32,000 nucleotides of DNA from Telmatocola sphagniphila (GCF_018398935.1 NZ_CP074694.1:180001-212000), one strand, 5' to 3'; positions 8,367 to 17,632 are shown, numbered from the stretch's first letter. Notes: generated from the letters alone by a model not told the origin. Made by a program: numbers and translations.

Positions 8367-9037
8367 CACTCGTTTCCTGTCGCATTCGGCCGAGCTTTGG
8401 ATTCGCCCGGTTCAAGTTTTTTATCCGTTTTGCTGGAAGGCTGGTCTTCAGCCTTCTTAACTTTCTTCGTAGTCTGAGGGTCGCCGTTGAAGCGATTCAT
8501 GCAGACATCAATTCCTTCGGCCGCCCAAACTAAAACCGCCCGGGCCGCATCGGAGACTGCGTCCTCTACCTGCTGTCGCTCGCCCGATTTGAATCGGGAA
8601 AGAACGTAGGCAGCTGCATCGATTCCACCGGTATCACCGACACCAATCCTCAACCGGTTGAATCCATTGGTTCCCAGGTGAGCTTCTATGTTTCGAAGCC
8701 CGTTTTGCCCACCGTGAGAGCCTTTGGCTTTGATCCGCAACTTCCCGATGGGCAGCGCGATATCATCGCAAATAATCATCAGATCAGTAAGTTCCAGCTT
8801 GTAGAACTCTTTGATCTGCTTAACGGCCTGGCCACTGAGGTTCATGAAAGTTTCAGGCTTAACCAGAAGGAGTTGCTGACCGCCCTCGGTGGAGTCGGCT
8901 ATTTGCGACTCGAACTTCGCTCTGAAACTCCCGGCCAAAGGAGACTTGGCCAGATAATCGATGACCTCAAACCCAATATTGTGGCGGGTGCCAGAAAATT
9001 TCGAACCCGGATTTCCAAGCCCGACGACCACTTTCAT
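8366..9037 (-). CDS. pth: peptidyl-tRNA hydrolase with Lys-rich C-terminal extension
   Basis: MKVVVGLGNPGSKFSGTRHNIGFEVIDYLA and GSHGGQNGLRNI are the Pth signature regions. Confidence 0.95.
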   Translation of the reverse strand: MKVVVGLGNPGSKFSGTRHNIGFEVIDYLAKSPLAGSFRAKFESQIADSTEGGQQLLLVKPETFMNLSGQAVKQIKEFYKLELTDLMIICDDIALPIGKLRIKAKGSHGGQNGLRNIEAHLGTNGFNRLRIGVGDTGGIDAAAYVLSRFKSGERQQVEDAVSDAARAVLVWAAEGIDVCMNRFNGDPQTTKKVKKAEDQPSSKTDKKLEPGESKARPNATGNE

Positions 9038-9066
9038 GACCCGAACCGACTGGAGGACGAAGGAAA

Positions 9067-9702
9067 TTACTCCTCGGTCTCATCCACCTTCTTCTTAGCT
9101 GTGATGACTTCCGGTTCAGCAGTGCCTTCACCCGGCAGAGTGCTAGTAGCGGCCTCCACCTTGTGCAACTTCACCTGAACCACCACGGCGTCCTTATCTT
9201 CAAGCACAGTCACACCTTCGGGGAGGACCAATTCCTTGACGTGAATGGCCTGACCCAATTGCAGTTTATCGATAGTGACGCGAATGACTTCCGGAACCTT
9301 CAGAGCCGGGCACTTCACATGCAGAGTGTGTAACGGCTGATCCAATACGCCTGCGCTCGTTCCCGGTGCGATGCCTCGCAGTTCCACGGGCACTACCACC
9401 GTCACCGACTCGTCTGCCGAAATCCGGCGGAAGTCGATATGCAGGATGGCTTTACCCAGGTGATCGTGCTGGATTTCTTGAATCAGCACTGTTTCCTTTT
9501 TGCCCTTTTCCTCGATATCCAGCGTCCGGCTGTGATGGCGAAGGACGGTCTGCAAATCGGTGAGATTCACCGTCACAGATTCAGTAACTTCCTTGTGGCC
9601 GTAGATCACGCCCGGAATCAACCCCTGTTTTCTGAGACGAGCCGCAGCGCGACCTCCCAGTTCCTTACGGGGCTCAACCTTTAAAACCATACTCTCGGAC
9701 AT
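9067..9702 (-). CDS. rplY: 50S ribosomal protein L25 / general stress protein Ctc
   Basis: RKQGLIPGVIYGHKE...VLIQEIQHDHLGKAILHIDFRR is the L25 N-domain, followed by the Ctc-type C-domain and an acidic tail. It lies 29 nt upstream of pth, as in many bacteria. Confidence 0.9.
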   Translation of the reverse strand: MSESMVLKVEPRKELGGRAAARLRKQGLIPGVIYGHKEVTESVTVNLTDLQTVLRHHSRTLDIEEKGKKETVLIQEIQHDHLGKAILHIDFRRISADESVTVVVPVELRGIAPGTSAGVLDQPLHTLHVKCPALKVPEVIRVTIDKLQLGQAIHVKELVLPEGVTVLEDKDAVVVQVKLHKVEAATSTLPGEGTAEPEVITAKKKVDETEE

Positions 9703-9943
9703 GACCGTCTGCTCCGTCTTTCGCTGGACAATATCGCACTAGCACGGCTCTGAAAAGCAGGCCGCACGTTTTAGGTCAAATTTATAGGAACAGATATTAT
9801 GGGAATAGAACCGAGGGTGGCAACGGCAGAACGCAAAAAAATAACGAACCAAATCTGCATTGCCAGACAGGGGGAGTTTGCTCTACCATGGTTACGGAAA
9901 CCCCGGTTTGGAACCGATGCTTGTCAACTTGTAATGGAATACC

Positions 9944-12900
9944 GTGGCTGATAGCGAAAAAAAATCGAGCCCGCCGCTCCCCTGGATCGTGCTTTCCGGC
10001 ATATTGGGTATGTTCGCGGTCGGCACACCGGCGATGAACTCCATAAATTCGCCCGCCGCGACCAAAAGTGCAGACAAAAAAGATGTTGCAAACTCCGATC
10101 CTATCGGCTGGATAGACAATAATCCTGTACGTCCCCTAATCGAATTTCACACATCGCAATTGGAGATGCCTTCAGCCCAGGATGTTCTTAAAGACCAACT
10201 GCATGGATTCGACAAAGAATTCATGATTGTTACCGTGCCTGATCCGATCGATTCCGCGTTTGGATTCGTCTTCGATCAGTTGATCGACGCGACTCAACGC
10301 GCGATCGAGAAGAAAAACGGTTATTCTCTGGATCGCGTCTGGCTCCCCTGGGAGTTGGATCGAAAAAATGCCAAACTGCCCGCCAAGCCAGACAGTGATG
10401 GAAAACTGCCGGTACACCAGACTCAACCCGGAATCCTCGTTTTCCGGAGAAATGCCAATCCCAATGCCGGACTAAAGAATCCCGGACTGATGGTCGTTTT
10501 TCTGGTCGGTGAGTCGCCTTTGAGTGGCATCCACAAAAGGGCTTTTACATATGCTCTGCAGCTGATGAACTTTTCAGAGCATCCGATCGATAAGCCGGTG
10601 CGGGTGGTGGGGCCCTATTTTTCCGGTTCGCAAGTTTCCATCGAGATGACCCTGAAGAATTGGTGGGAGGGGTATCAGTCCAAAGGGTTGGCGGCCGGTG
10701 TGCACGTCCCGGTGGCCATGATCATGAAGAATCCCGATTACAGCTTCAATTTCATTACGGGGAACGCTTCGGCCTTTCGAAAGGCCGATTTCGAATCGAT
10801 TGGACCCAAAGGCAAAGTGAATTTCGATGCCGCGATCATCCCTACCAAATTGACTGTGAATTCGATCCTCTATTATTTGAGCAAGCGGGATCGCGCCATG
10901 GCCGAGGAGGTCATCTACAATGGCGATCCTAAAACGATTCCGGGAAAAGTCGCCATACTTACGGAATCCAATACCGGTTTTGGCAAGCAATTTTCGAGTT
11001 TTGGCAAGAATGGACAGGGGATTCTGGTCCTTCGGTTTCCGATGCACATCTCGCAGGTGAAAGCGGATCTCCTCAAGGTTTTTCGCAAAAAGGATGAAGC
11101 CACCGGGTTAAAAGCTAACGAATTTCAGATCCCCTCATTACTCGATGAGATTAATGCCGACCAGTATGACGGAATTCCCATGCAAGGCGGTTCGACGACC
11201 TCCGCGGCGAATGCCCAGGTCATGTCGACTATCCTGACCACCATTTCCAAGATGCGCTGTCAGTACGTCGGTATCGTTGCTACCGATACCCGAGATAAAT
11301 TGTTTCTGGTCAGATTGATTCGGGAATATTGCCCCGATGTGCACGTGTTTTTGACGGGCGGGGATGTTCTCTTCAGCCATCCGGATTATCGGTTTCACAT
11401 GCGCGGCGTGATCATCGGCTCGACCTATCCTCTCCTGCCGGTGAATCAATTTTGGACGAACGCCAACAGCGGCGAGAGGGTAGTATTTCCTTCAGTGGGA
11501 ACCGAAGGCTATTACAATGCCACCCTCATGCAGTTGGGGTTGAATCCCGATCTGCTGGAATACCGTCCGCCGAACTTCGCATTGGCCGGGAACAATGATA
11601 TTGCCAACTCTCGGCCGCCGATCTGGATCAGCATGGTAGCGCCGAGCGGGAATCTGGTGCCGTTGCAGGTGTTTAATAACTACGAAGATTCAGCGGATTA
11701 TGTGAAGCTGTTTCCGAATGTGGACAAGGAGTTGCGAGAAAAACCGATTTCGCTCGGCTATCCGGGAGCGCTCTTTCCCATTGGCTTCTGCTTAATGGTA
11801 ATCTGGTTGATTCTTTTATATCGCTCCTGGTTTTTGCCCTCTTCGCCGCTTTCCTGTTATACGCTGGCGCATTCCGGTACGCTGAATTCCATGCCTCAGA
11901 TGGTTTACCGTAATTTGATCCTGGGTTCGCAAATTATTTTCCTGGCGCCGGTGCTGACAATTTTGGGCACCCATGCCGAGGCCACGCAGTGGAGCAATCC
12001 CTGGGACGTGCCCTTCATATCGGTCACGGCCTTTTGCATCGTGATGATGATTCTGGCGATGGTCGCCCCTTTCCCGATCCTCGGCTACCATTCGTTCCGT
12101 CGGTTGGGAAAGGGATTACCTTCCCTTTCGCTTGGCATCTGGTTGGAGTCGAGTTTCTGGTTGCTGGTGAACGTCCTGATCGTTGCAGGATATCTCATAT
12201 TCACGTTCACTTATCTGAATCGTTTCACTTATTACACGGATAGTACCTACCGAACCCTATTCTTCGTTCGCTGCGTCGATCTGGGAACCGGCTTGTCGCC
12301 ACTGACGCCGTTGTTTTTCCTCTGTCTCGCCACCAGCATGTGGGCTTATTTCCAATTGAAACGCCGGCATCTGGCGGAGCGATTTGCCATACCAATTCCC
12401 CTACCTGCAAATGAGGAGCCGGGGAAGTACCACTGGTTCGATCGTGCCAACCGGCTGGAAGGTCTGTTGAAAAAAGAAATTTCAGAAACGCACTTTATCA
12501 CCCGCCATACCAAAGCGACGGTCCTGATAACCATCCTGCTGGCCTCGACTGCCACCGGGCTTTTCTTTCAATCGCTGAATACGATGGAAGGGAAAATCTG
12601 GGATGTACTGTTTTTTATTGGATTCTGCGTTGTATTTGCCCTGGCGGCCTCTTCTTTGGTTCACCTGTATCTGTTGTGGACGATGGTAAAACGATTGCTG
12701 GACGCCATCGCCATGATTCCCATGATGCGATCGTTTGGCCGCATTCCAAACAAGATTGTCGATGTTTTCGGAAAGTACCTCTACACGCAAAAACCGCATC
12801 TGACGCACTTGCAGATGCCGATCCATCAGTTGCAAATTCTTGCCGAGGCGATCAAAAATGATCCCCAGGCTCCCGCGTCGTTACAGCGGATCGTCGAGCG

Positions 12901-13525
12901 CGCTCCCCGATTGGAACAGGTTTTTCTGTCGCACTTCGCTCAAGGACGCAAACGCAGAGATACGGAATTGCTCGCCCGCACGATTCGCACGCAGTTGAGC
13001 GAACTGGCCTCGGTAGCCATGGATGCCCTGTCGGATCGCTGGACGAATCTGAATGTGGATGAAGCGTTCGGCGGCGGCATGGAAGATTATAAAGCGAGTA
13101 AACCGACCGAGGGAGAACCCGCCTGGGTGCCCCTAGCGGAGGGATTCACGGCGACTCAATTTGTGGTCTACCTCAGCCAGTATTTTTTGCAGCTTCGCAA
13201 CATGGCCTGGACCGTGATCATTTCTTCATCGCTCTTGCTGATAGCGGCTACCTGCTATCCGTTCCACCCGCAGCAACTACTGCTCTACTGCCTGCTGGCA
13301 CTGATTGCCGCGGCGATGGGTATGGTCGTTTATGTGTTCGTTCAGATGAACAAGGACACGGTCGTAAGCCGGATTTCTCGAACGCAACCGGGTAAACTAT
13401 CGTTCGATTCCGGTTTGATCGGCTCCTTCATGACTTATGTTTTACCGGCGGCTGGACTTCTCACCGCGCAACTTTCGGGCAGCTTCCGGACGATTCTCGA
13501 GCCGCTGTTGCGAGTGCTCAAATAA
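9944..13525 (+). CDS. large polytopic membrane protein (1193 aa), function unknown; N-terminal ~570-aa extracytoplasmic domain
   Basis: Uninterrupted 3.6-kb ORF with a GTG start. It has an N-terminal signal-anchor helix (WIVLSGILGMFAVGTPA) and a long hydrophilic domain. About 10 hydrophobic helices follow from aa ~610, with two soluble insertions (~60 aa and ~230 aa). I recognise no catalytic motif. Confidence 0.8.
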   Translation: MADSEKKSSPPLPWIVLSGILGMFAVGTPAMNSINSPAATKSADKKDVANSDPIGWIDNNPVRPLIEFHTSQLEMPSAQDVLKDQLHGFDKEFMIVTVPDPIDSAFGFVFDQLIDATQRAIEKKNGYSLDRVWLPWELDRKNAKLPAKPDSDGKLPVHQTQPGILVFRRNANPNAGLKNPGLMVVFLVGESPLSGIHKRAFTYALQLMNFSEHPIDKPVRVVGPYFSGSQVSIEMTLKNWWEGYQSKGLAAGVHVPVAMIMKNPDYSFNFITGNASAFRKADFESIGPKGKVNFDAAIIPTKLTVNSILYYLSKRDRAMAEEVIYNGDPKTIPGKVAILTESNTGFGKQFSSFGKNGQGILVLRFPMHISQVKADLLKVFRKKDEATGLKANEFQIPSLLDEINADQYDGIPMQGGSTTSAANAQVMSTILTTISKMRCQYVGIVATDTRDKLFLVRLIREYCPDVHVFLTGGDVLFSHPDYRFHMRGVIIGSTYPLLPVNQFWTNANSGERVVFPSVGTEGYYNATLMQLGLNPDLLEYRPPNFALAGNNDIANSRPPIWISMVAPSGNLVPLQVFNNYEDSADYVKLFPNVDKELREKPISLGYPGALFPIGFCLMVIWLILLYRSWFLPSSPLSCYTLAHSGTLNSMPQMVYRNLILGSQIIFLAPVLTILGTHAEATQWSNPWDVPFISVTAFCIVMMILAMVAPFPILGYHSFRRLGKGLPSLSLGIWLESSFWLLVNVLIVAGYLIFTFTYLNRFTYYTDSTYRTLFFVRCVDLGTGLSPLTPLFFLCLATSMWAYFQLKRRHLAERFAIPIPLPANEEPGKYHWFDRANRLEGLLKKEISETHFITRHTKATVLITILLASTATGLFFQSLNTMEGKIWDVLFFIGFCVVFALAASSLVHLYLLWTMVKRLLDAIAMIPMMRSFGRIPNKIVDVFGKYLYTQKPHLTHLQMPIHQLQILAEAIKNDPQAPASLQRIVERAPRLEQVFLSHFAQGRKRRDTELLARTIRTQLSELASVAMDALSDRWTNLNVDEAFGGGMEDYKASKPTEGEPAWVPLAEGFTATQFVVYLSQYFLQLRNMAWTVIISSSLLLIAATCYPFHPQQLLLYCLLALIAAAMGMVVYVFVQMNKDTVVSRISRTQPGKLSFDSGLIGSFMTYVLPAAGLLTAQLSGSFRTILEPLLRVLK

Positions 13526-14614
13526 TCAACTGGGAGCGCTGGGTTCCTGGGCCGTCCAGGCTCGCTCCTGGGCGGGAATTTCTTCCCAGCGTTTTTCTTT
13601 GGCAGTCTCTTCTTTTTCGCGGAGTTTGGCTTCTGCCAACTCCCTGACGACATTGCCACAGAGCACATTTAGTCCCTGCCCGGTGACCGCGGAGATATTT
13701 TTGACTTCAAATCCCAGCTGTGCCGAGAGTCGCTTCGCAACTTCTTCGCTCCCCGGGAGTTCGCTTTTCGAAACGAACGCGAGTTCTCGCTTTTTCCCGA
13801 GATCCGGGCTGTACATCTCCAGTTCTTTGCGGATGGTCCGGTAATTATCGAGCGGATCGGCACCATCGGTGGGGAATGGCTCAATCAGGTGCACGAGAAC
13901 CCGCGTTCGATCGACGTGTTTCAAGAATTCGTGGCCCAGACCGACACCCGTATGGGCTCCCTCGATTAAACCGGGAAGGTCGGCCATCACAAACGCATTG
14001 TCGCCACCGACGCTAACCATGCCCAGATTGGGGTACTTCGTGGTGAAAGGATAGTCGGCGATTTCCGGCATGGCCCGCGACAAACGAGACAAAAGTGTCG
14101 ACTTTCCGGCATTGGGTAGACCGATCAGTCCGACATCAGCAATCACCTTGAGTTCCAGGACAATCCAGCGTTCTTCACCTTCGCCGCCGGGTTGAAATTC
14201 TCGCGGGGCTCGGTTGGTGGAGGTGGCGAAAGCTTTGTTGCCCCGCCCACCACGACCGGCCTGGGCGACGACCACCTGTTCACCCATTTCTTTGAGATCT
14301 TTGAGGATATGTCCTCGTTCTCGATCGCGGACGATTGTACCTGGAGGGACGGGAATTATGATGTCGTCTGCCATTTTGCCATGACACTGCGAAGTGCCAC
14401 CGGGCTGGCCGTTTTGTGCTTTCCAGAACTTGCGGTGAATCAGCGGTGCCAGATTATCCGTGTCCGGCATTGCGCGAACGATGATAGATCCGCCATCGCC
14501 TCCATCACCCCCGTCGGGTCCCCCCTTGGGGACGTACTTCTCACGGCGGAAGGAACACATCCCGCGTCCCCCGTCCCCCGCTTTAACAAACAGCTCTACC
14601 CGATCCGCAAACAT
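13526..14614 (-). CDS. obg: GTPase Obg/CgtA
   Basis: MFADRVELFVKAGDGGRGMCSFRREKYVPKGGPDGGDGGDGGSII is the Obg-fold Gly-rich N-domain. G1 is GLPNAGKSTLLS and G3 is DLPGLIEGA. The start is set to the ATG at 14614; the ORF-track extension to 14878 overlaps the upstream gene and has no homology-like sequence. Confidence 0.92.
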   Translation of the reverse strand: MFADRVELFVKAGDGGRGMCSFRREKYVPKGGPDGGDGGDGGSIIVRAMPDTDNLAPLIHRKFWKAQNGQPGGTSQCHGKMADDIIIPVPPGTIVRDRERGHILKDLKEMGEQVVVAQAGRGGRGNKAFATSTNRAPREFQPGGEGEERWIVLELKVIADVGLIGLPNAGKSTLLSRLSRAMPEIADYPFTTKYPNLGMVSVGGDNAFVMADLPGLIEGAHTGVGLGHEFLKHVDRTRVLVHLIEPFPTDGADPLDNYRTIRKELEMYSPDLGKKRELAFVSKSELPGSEEVAKRLSAQLGFEVKNISAVTGQGLNVLCGNVVRELAEAKLREKEETAKEKRWEEIPAQERAWTAQEPSAPS

Positions 14615-14775
14615 GGTCAGTCTCGCAAAGAATTCAAAAGGTAATTGTAGCGGGTCGAACCAATTTCCCAAATAAACGATGGCTGCGCTACGAAAATTCT
14701 GAGGAGACTCGACTCTCAGATCCTGTCTTTGACGGTGACGGAAGAGTTGTTTTTGTGGAGATACCTGCATCGCGT

Positions 14776-16557
14776 TCAAACATCCAGGCCGACTGCCCGC
14801 ATTAAGGCTATACCGTTGGTGTGCGAAACGACTCCCGGGCGAACAGTGTAGTCGAATTTCATCTGCCCATCGACCCATTGATCGGCGAAATGCATATTCT
14901 CCACCAAATCGCGAATGGAATCAGGAACTTCCGTTACTGCCAGATCGTGGGTGGTGACGAGACCAATGGTGCCGGACTCCAGCAGAGCTTGAATGACTCC
15001 CGAAGCTCCACGGATGCGATCAGCCGAATTGGTGCCCGCGAACAACTCATCGAAAAGAAACATCAAAGGCCCGGTACGAGCCTTTTCGAGAGTGGCGCGT
15101 ACTCGAACCACTTCAGCGAAAAATCGAGACTTCCCATCGGAGAGTGAATCCTGCACCCGTAAAGTGGCTCCCATTCGAAATGAAGAAAGCGCCAGGGATT
15201 TCGCCCGCACCGGGGCTCCAGAAAGGGCCAGGGTCGCATTCACACCAATCGACCGGAGGAATGTACTCTTACCGGACATGTTGGAGCCGCTAATCATCAG
15301 TACGCGAGTTTTTTCGTTCAGCTGAACGTCGTTCCGCACGCAGGTTTTGGCCGGTAACAGTGGATGCCCCAACTGAGTAGCTTCGAAAGAGGCTGGGCCT
15401 TCCTGAATCTGCGGGAAGGGATCTTCCGGATTCTCATAGGCGTACGCCGCCAGGCTGGAGAGGGCTTCCAGTTCCGCGATGGCGAAGAGCCACTGGCGAA
15501 TATGGGGTCCCGAACGGAGTCGCCAATCCTCGATCCGGAAGGCCATTCGAATATCCCAAATCAAAAGAATTCGAAAGGGTAGAAAAATGGTGTTTCTTCG
15601 GGCCGCCAGCCATTCGGCCAAGTAAGCCAGTTCTTGAATCTGTTGCGAAGCAGTACGCTGATTCAAACGCAACTGCTCCTGCATATTCACTAGCAGAGGG
15701 GCCGAAAATTGCTCTTTTTCAAACAGGCTCAGGAGAGTTCGTAAAAGTGTGAGCTCGCGAGCCGTCTCTTCCACCGGATTGACCGCGGAGTTGGCCCAGG
15801 TGAACATTGGATAGGCATACAGATAGGAAATCGCCAGAGAAATCAGCAGGTAGTAGCCACGCGCATCGAAGCCCAACCAGGCTACACAGAGTGTCAGATT
15901 GACGATGCCCAAACCGAAAATGACCTGACGAGCCCACCGACTGGGGCTCGGAAGTATTTGAGTGCCCCAGTGTGCCAGCAGTTCGAAATCGACCCCCTCC
16001 GCGACTTCGGAGCCGGACGCCGCTAGGGCCTCACGGAGATCGAGCCGGTTGCGCAAATCTTGCGCGGCTTCTTGTCGATCGCGGATCACCGGAAGCGTCG
16101 CGGGGTTGTTGAACCAATCGGCCAGGCGATCTTCGCCCACCCGTGTGCGGGCGGTACAGATCCGCTCGAACAGGGAACCTTTGCCGAAAAGATCGAGATC
16201 GACAGCGCAGAGATGATTGGGATCGACGAATCGCTCACCGGAGTTGCCCTGGCCGACCCACTCGCCCGTTAAACGAGCTACACAATGCTGATAGTAGCGT
16301 ATGAGGCGCTTGGCCCAACGCTGTCGATCGAGTATTCGAACCCCAACAACGAAAAGGAGAGTGATGGGAAGCAGGGCCAGAAAGCCATACCAGGTACTGT
16401 AGAATCCTAGTCCTCCGCCGAATAAGGCCGTCAGAATTCCTAACAGGAATAGGCTGACGCGAGCCTGTCCGAGTCGATCGAACTGCGATTCGTATCTTTG
16501 CGCTTCGGCCTGACGAAGAGCGAGCCGCGTTTGATATTCATCGAGGGGAGTGGTCAT
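14776..16557 (-). CDS. MutS-related ABC-type ATPase (domains III/V only) with integral membrane helices
   Basis: C-terminal MutS domain V: Walker A MISGSNMSGKSTFLRSIG, Walker B FLFDELFAGTNSADR, and TTHDL. MutS core-like segment: DLDLFGKGSLFERICTARTRVGEDRLADW. Hydrophobic helix pairs lie at aa ~35-75 and ~205-250. There is no mismatch-binding domain I and no Smr domain. Confidence 0.8.
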   Translation of the reverse strand: MTTPLDEYQTRLALRQAEAQRYESQFDRLGQARVSLFLLGILTALFGGGLGFYSTWYGFLALLPITLLFVVGVRILDRQRWAKRLIRYYQHCVARLTGEWVGQGNSGERFVDPNHLCAVDLDLFGKGSLFERICTARTRVGEDRLADWFNNPATLPVIRDRQEAAQDLRNRLDLREALAASGSEVAEGVDFELLAHWGTQILPSPSRWARQVIFGLGIVNLTLCVAWLGFDARGYYLLISLAISYLYAYPMFTWANSAVNPVEETARELTLLRTLLSLFEKEQFSAPLLVNMQEQLRLNQRTASQQIQELAYLAEWLAARRNTIFLPFRILLIWDIRMAFRIEDWRLRSGPHIRQWLFAIAELEALSSLAAYAYENPEDPFPQIQEGPASFEATQLGHPLLPAKTCVRNDVQLNEKTRVLMISGSNMSGKSTFLRSIGVNATLALSGAPVRAKSLALSSFRMGATLRVQDSLSDGKSRFFAEVVRVRATLEKARTGPLMFLFDELFAGTNSADRIRGASGVIQALLESGTIGLVTTHDLAVTEVPDSIRDLVENMHFADQWVDGQMKFDYTVRPGVVSHTNGIALMRAVGLDV

Positions 16558-16757
16558 AGATACCGTTTTTAGTTGCTCGATCTAACTCCGGGGATTCTAA
16601 CCAAAAAATCCTATCAAGCGGCAGGGCAGGTTCAATTACCGCTTTTGGGAAAGTCTTTGATTCCGTGAGACCAACTGGTTCGCGCAGGGCGGATACCCAG
16701 TTGTCTAAACCGGGAGAGGTGGTTACTATTTCAATGATCCTTTAAGAATCGATTCAA

Positions 16758-17081
16758 GTGAGACGGGTTGGTATGGTACATCAGTCGCTGGGAATCTGGG
16801 CTATAAGTCCGGAGGGCAAAAAGAAGCTCGAAGCCTTGAATGACCAGATGGAAACGATGATGCTGGCCCTCCTGGTTTTCCTGATACTGGGAACTATCGG
16901 CTATTTCATTTTCCGCTACTGGAAGAAAACGGCGCTTGAAGTTCCGGACTTCGAGAAAACCAACGAGACTACCTATCGATCCATGCTGATTTCGGGGCAG
17001 ATCACCCAGGCTGAGTACGATAAGCTGATCAAAAATATCCAGAGTCGGGTGGAAGAGAAGAAACTGATCGAGGAGAGTTGA
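16758..17081 (+). CDS. small single-pass membrane protein with SHOCT-like C-terminal motif
   Basis: TM helix MMLALLVFLILGTIGYFIFRYW. The C-terminal LISGQITQAEYDKLIKNI resembles the SHOCT short C-terminal domain. GTG start at 16758, with an alternative ATG at 16773. A terminator-like hairpin follows. Confidence 0.55.
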   Translation: MRRVGMVHQSLGIWAISPEGKKKLEALNDQMETMMLALLVFLILGTIGYFIFRYWKKTALEVPDFEKTNETTYRSMLISGQITQAEYDKLIKNIQSRVEEKKLIEES

Positions 17082-17092
17082 GGAGTTGTGAT

Positions 17093-17126
17093 AGGGCGAA
17101 GAAGCAATCCTCGCCCTTTCGATTTT
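17093..17126 (+). terminator. candidate intrinsic terminator after the SHOCT-like gene
   Basis: AGGGCGA (17093-17099) pairs with TCGCCCT (17111-17117). The stem extends to 9 bp with one mismatch and a 5-nt loop. TTCGATTTT follows. Confidence 0.5.
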
Positions 17127-17146
17127 GAACCGCACTTTAAGCAAAA

Positions 17147-17632
17147 TCATTTCGTAGGCGAGGCCACTTCGAATTCTAGATTCAAATTCATTTGCTGGCC
17201 GACCCAGATTTCCAGTTGGTAGGCCGGGGCATAAGCGGAAGCACTTTGTTCCTTGGGCTGCACCGACAAAGAACTGGCATTTTTCAGGTTCACTTTTTTC
17301 ACGTTCGGGCTCAGCTTCCAGTACCGCATCAGATTGCTCGATTTGTCGATGATCAGCAGATAGGAAGAATTTTTCGAGGGGATGCCCTGTCCCTGGCCGT
17401 CGCAGATTTCGCTGAGCGTAACGCCATAGGTGTCGTTGGCGTCCTTCTCCATAGTCCCTTTTACGCAATCGTAAGTGGCATGCAGCACGCCAGGCGTTAT
17501 TTTCTGAACGCCCGTATTTGAAGCGGGATTAGAAGCGAGCTTATCGTACCAATCGGGCTTGATGAACACGTAGAAAATGCCAAAAACGGCGATTACGCCG
17601 ATGACAGTTAGCAAGTTTCGAAGCAGACCCAT
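17147..17632 (-). CDS. hypothetical N-terminally membrane-anchored protein (162 aa)
   Basis: MGLLRNLLTVIGVIAVFGIFYVFI signal-anchor, then a hydrophilic domain of ordinary composition. I preferred the ATG at 17632 over the ORF-track start at 17683. No family recognised. Confidence 0.5.
   Translation of the reverse strand: MGLLRNLLTVIGVIAVFGIFYVFIKPDWYDKLASNPASNTGVQKITPGVLHATYDCVKGTMEKDANDTYGVTLSEICDGQGQGIPSKNSSYLLIIDKSSNLMRYWKLSPNVKKVNLKNASSLSVQPKEQSASAYAPAYQLEIWVGQQMNLNLEFEVASPTK

Noticed and set aside
14615-14878. An 88-codon in-frame upstream extension of obg that would overlap the 3' end of the MutS-like gene by ~100 nt.
   Set aside because: The canonical Obg N-terminus (MFADRVELFVKAGDGGRG) begins at the ATG at 14614. 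The extension has no protein-like conservation pattern and is simply stop-free upstream sequence.
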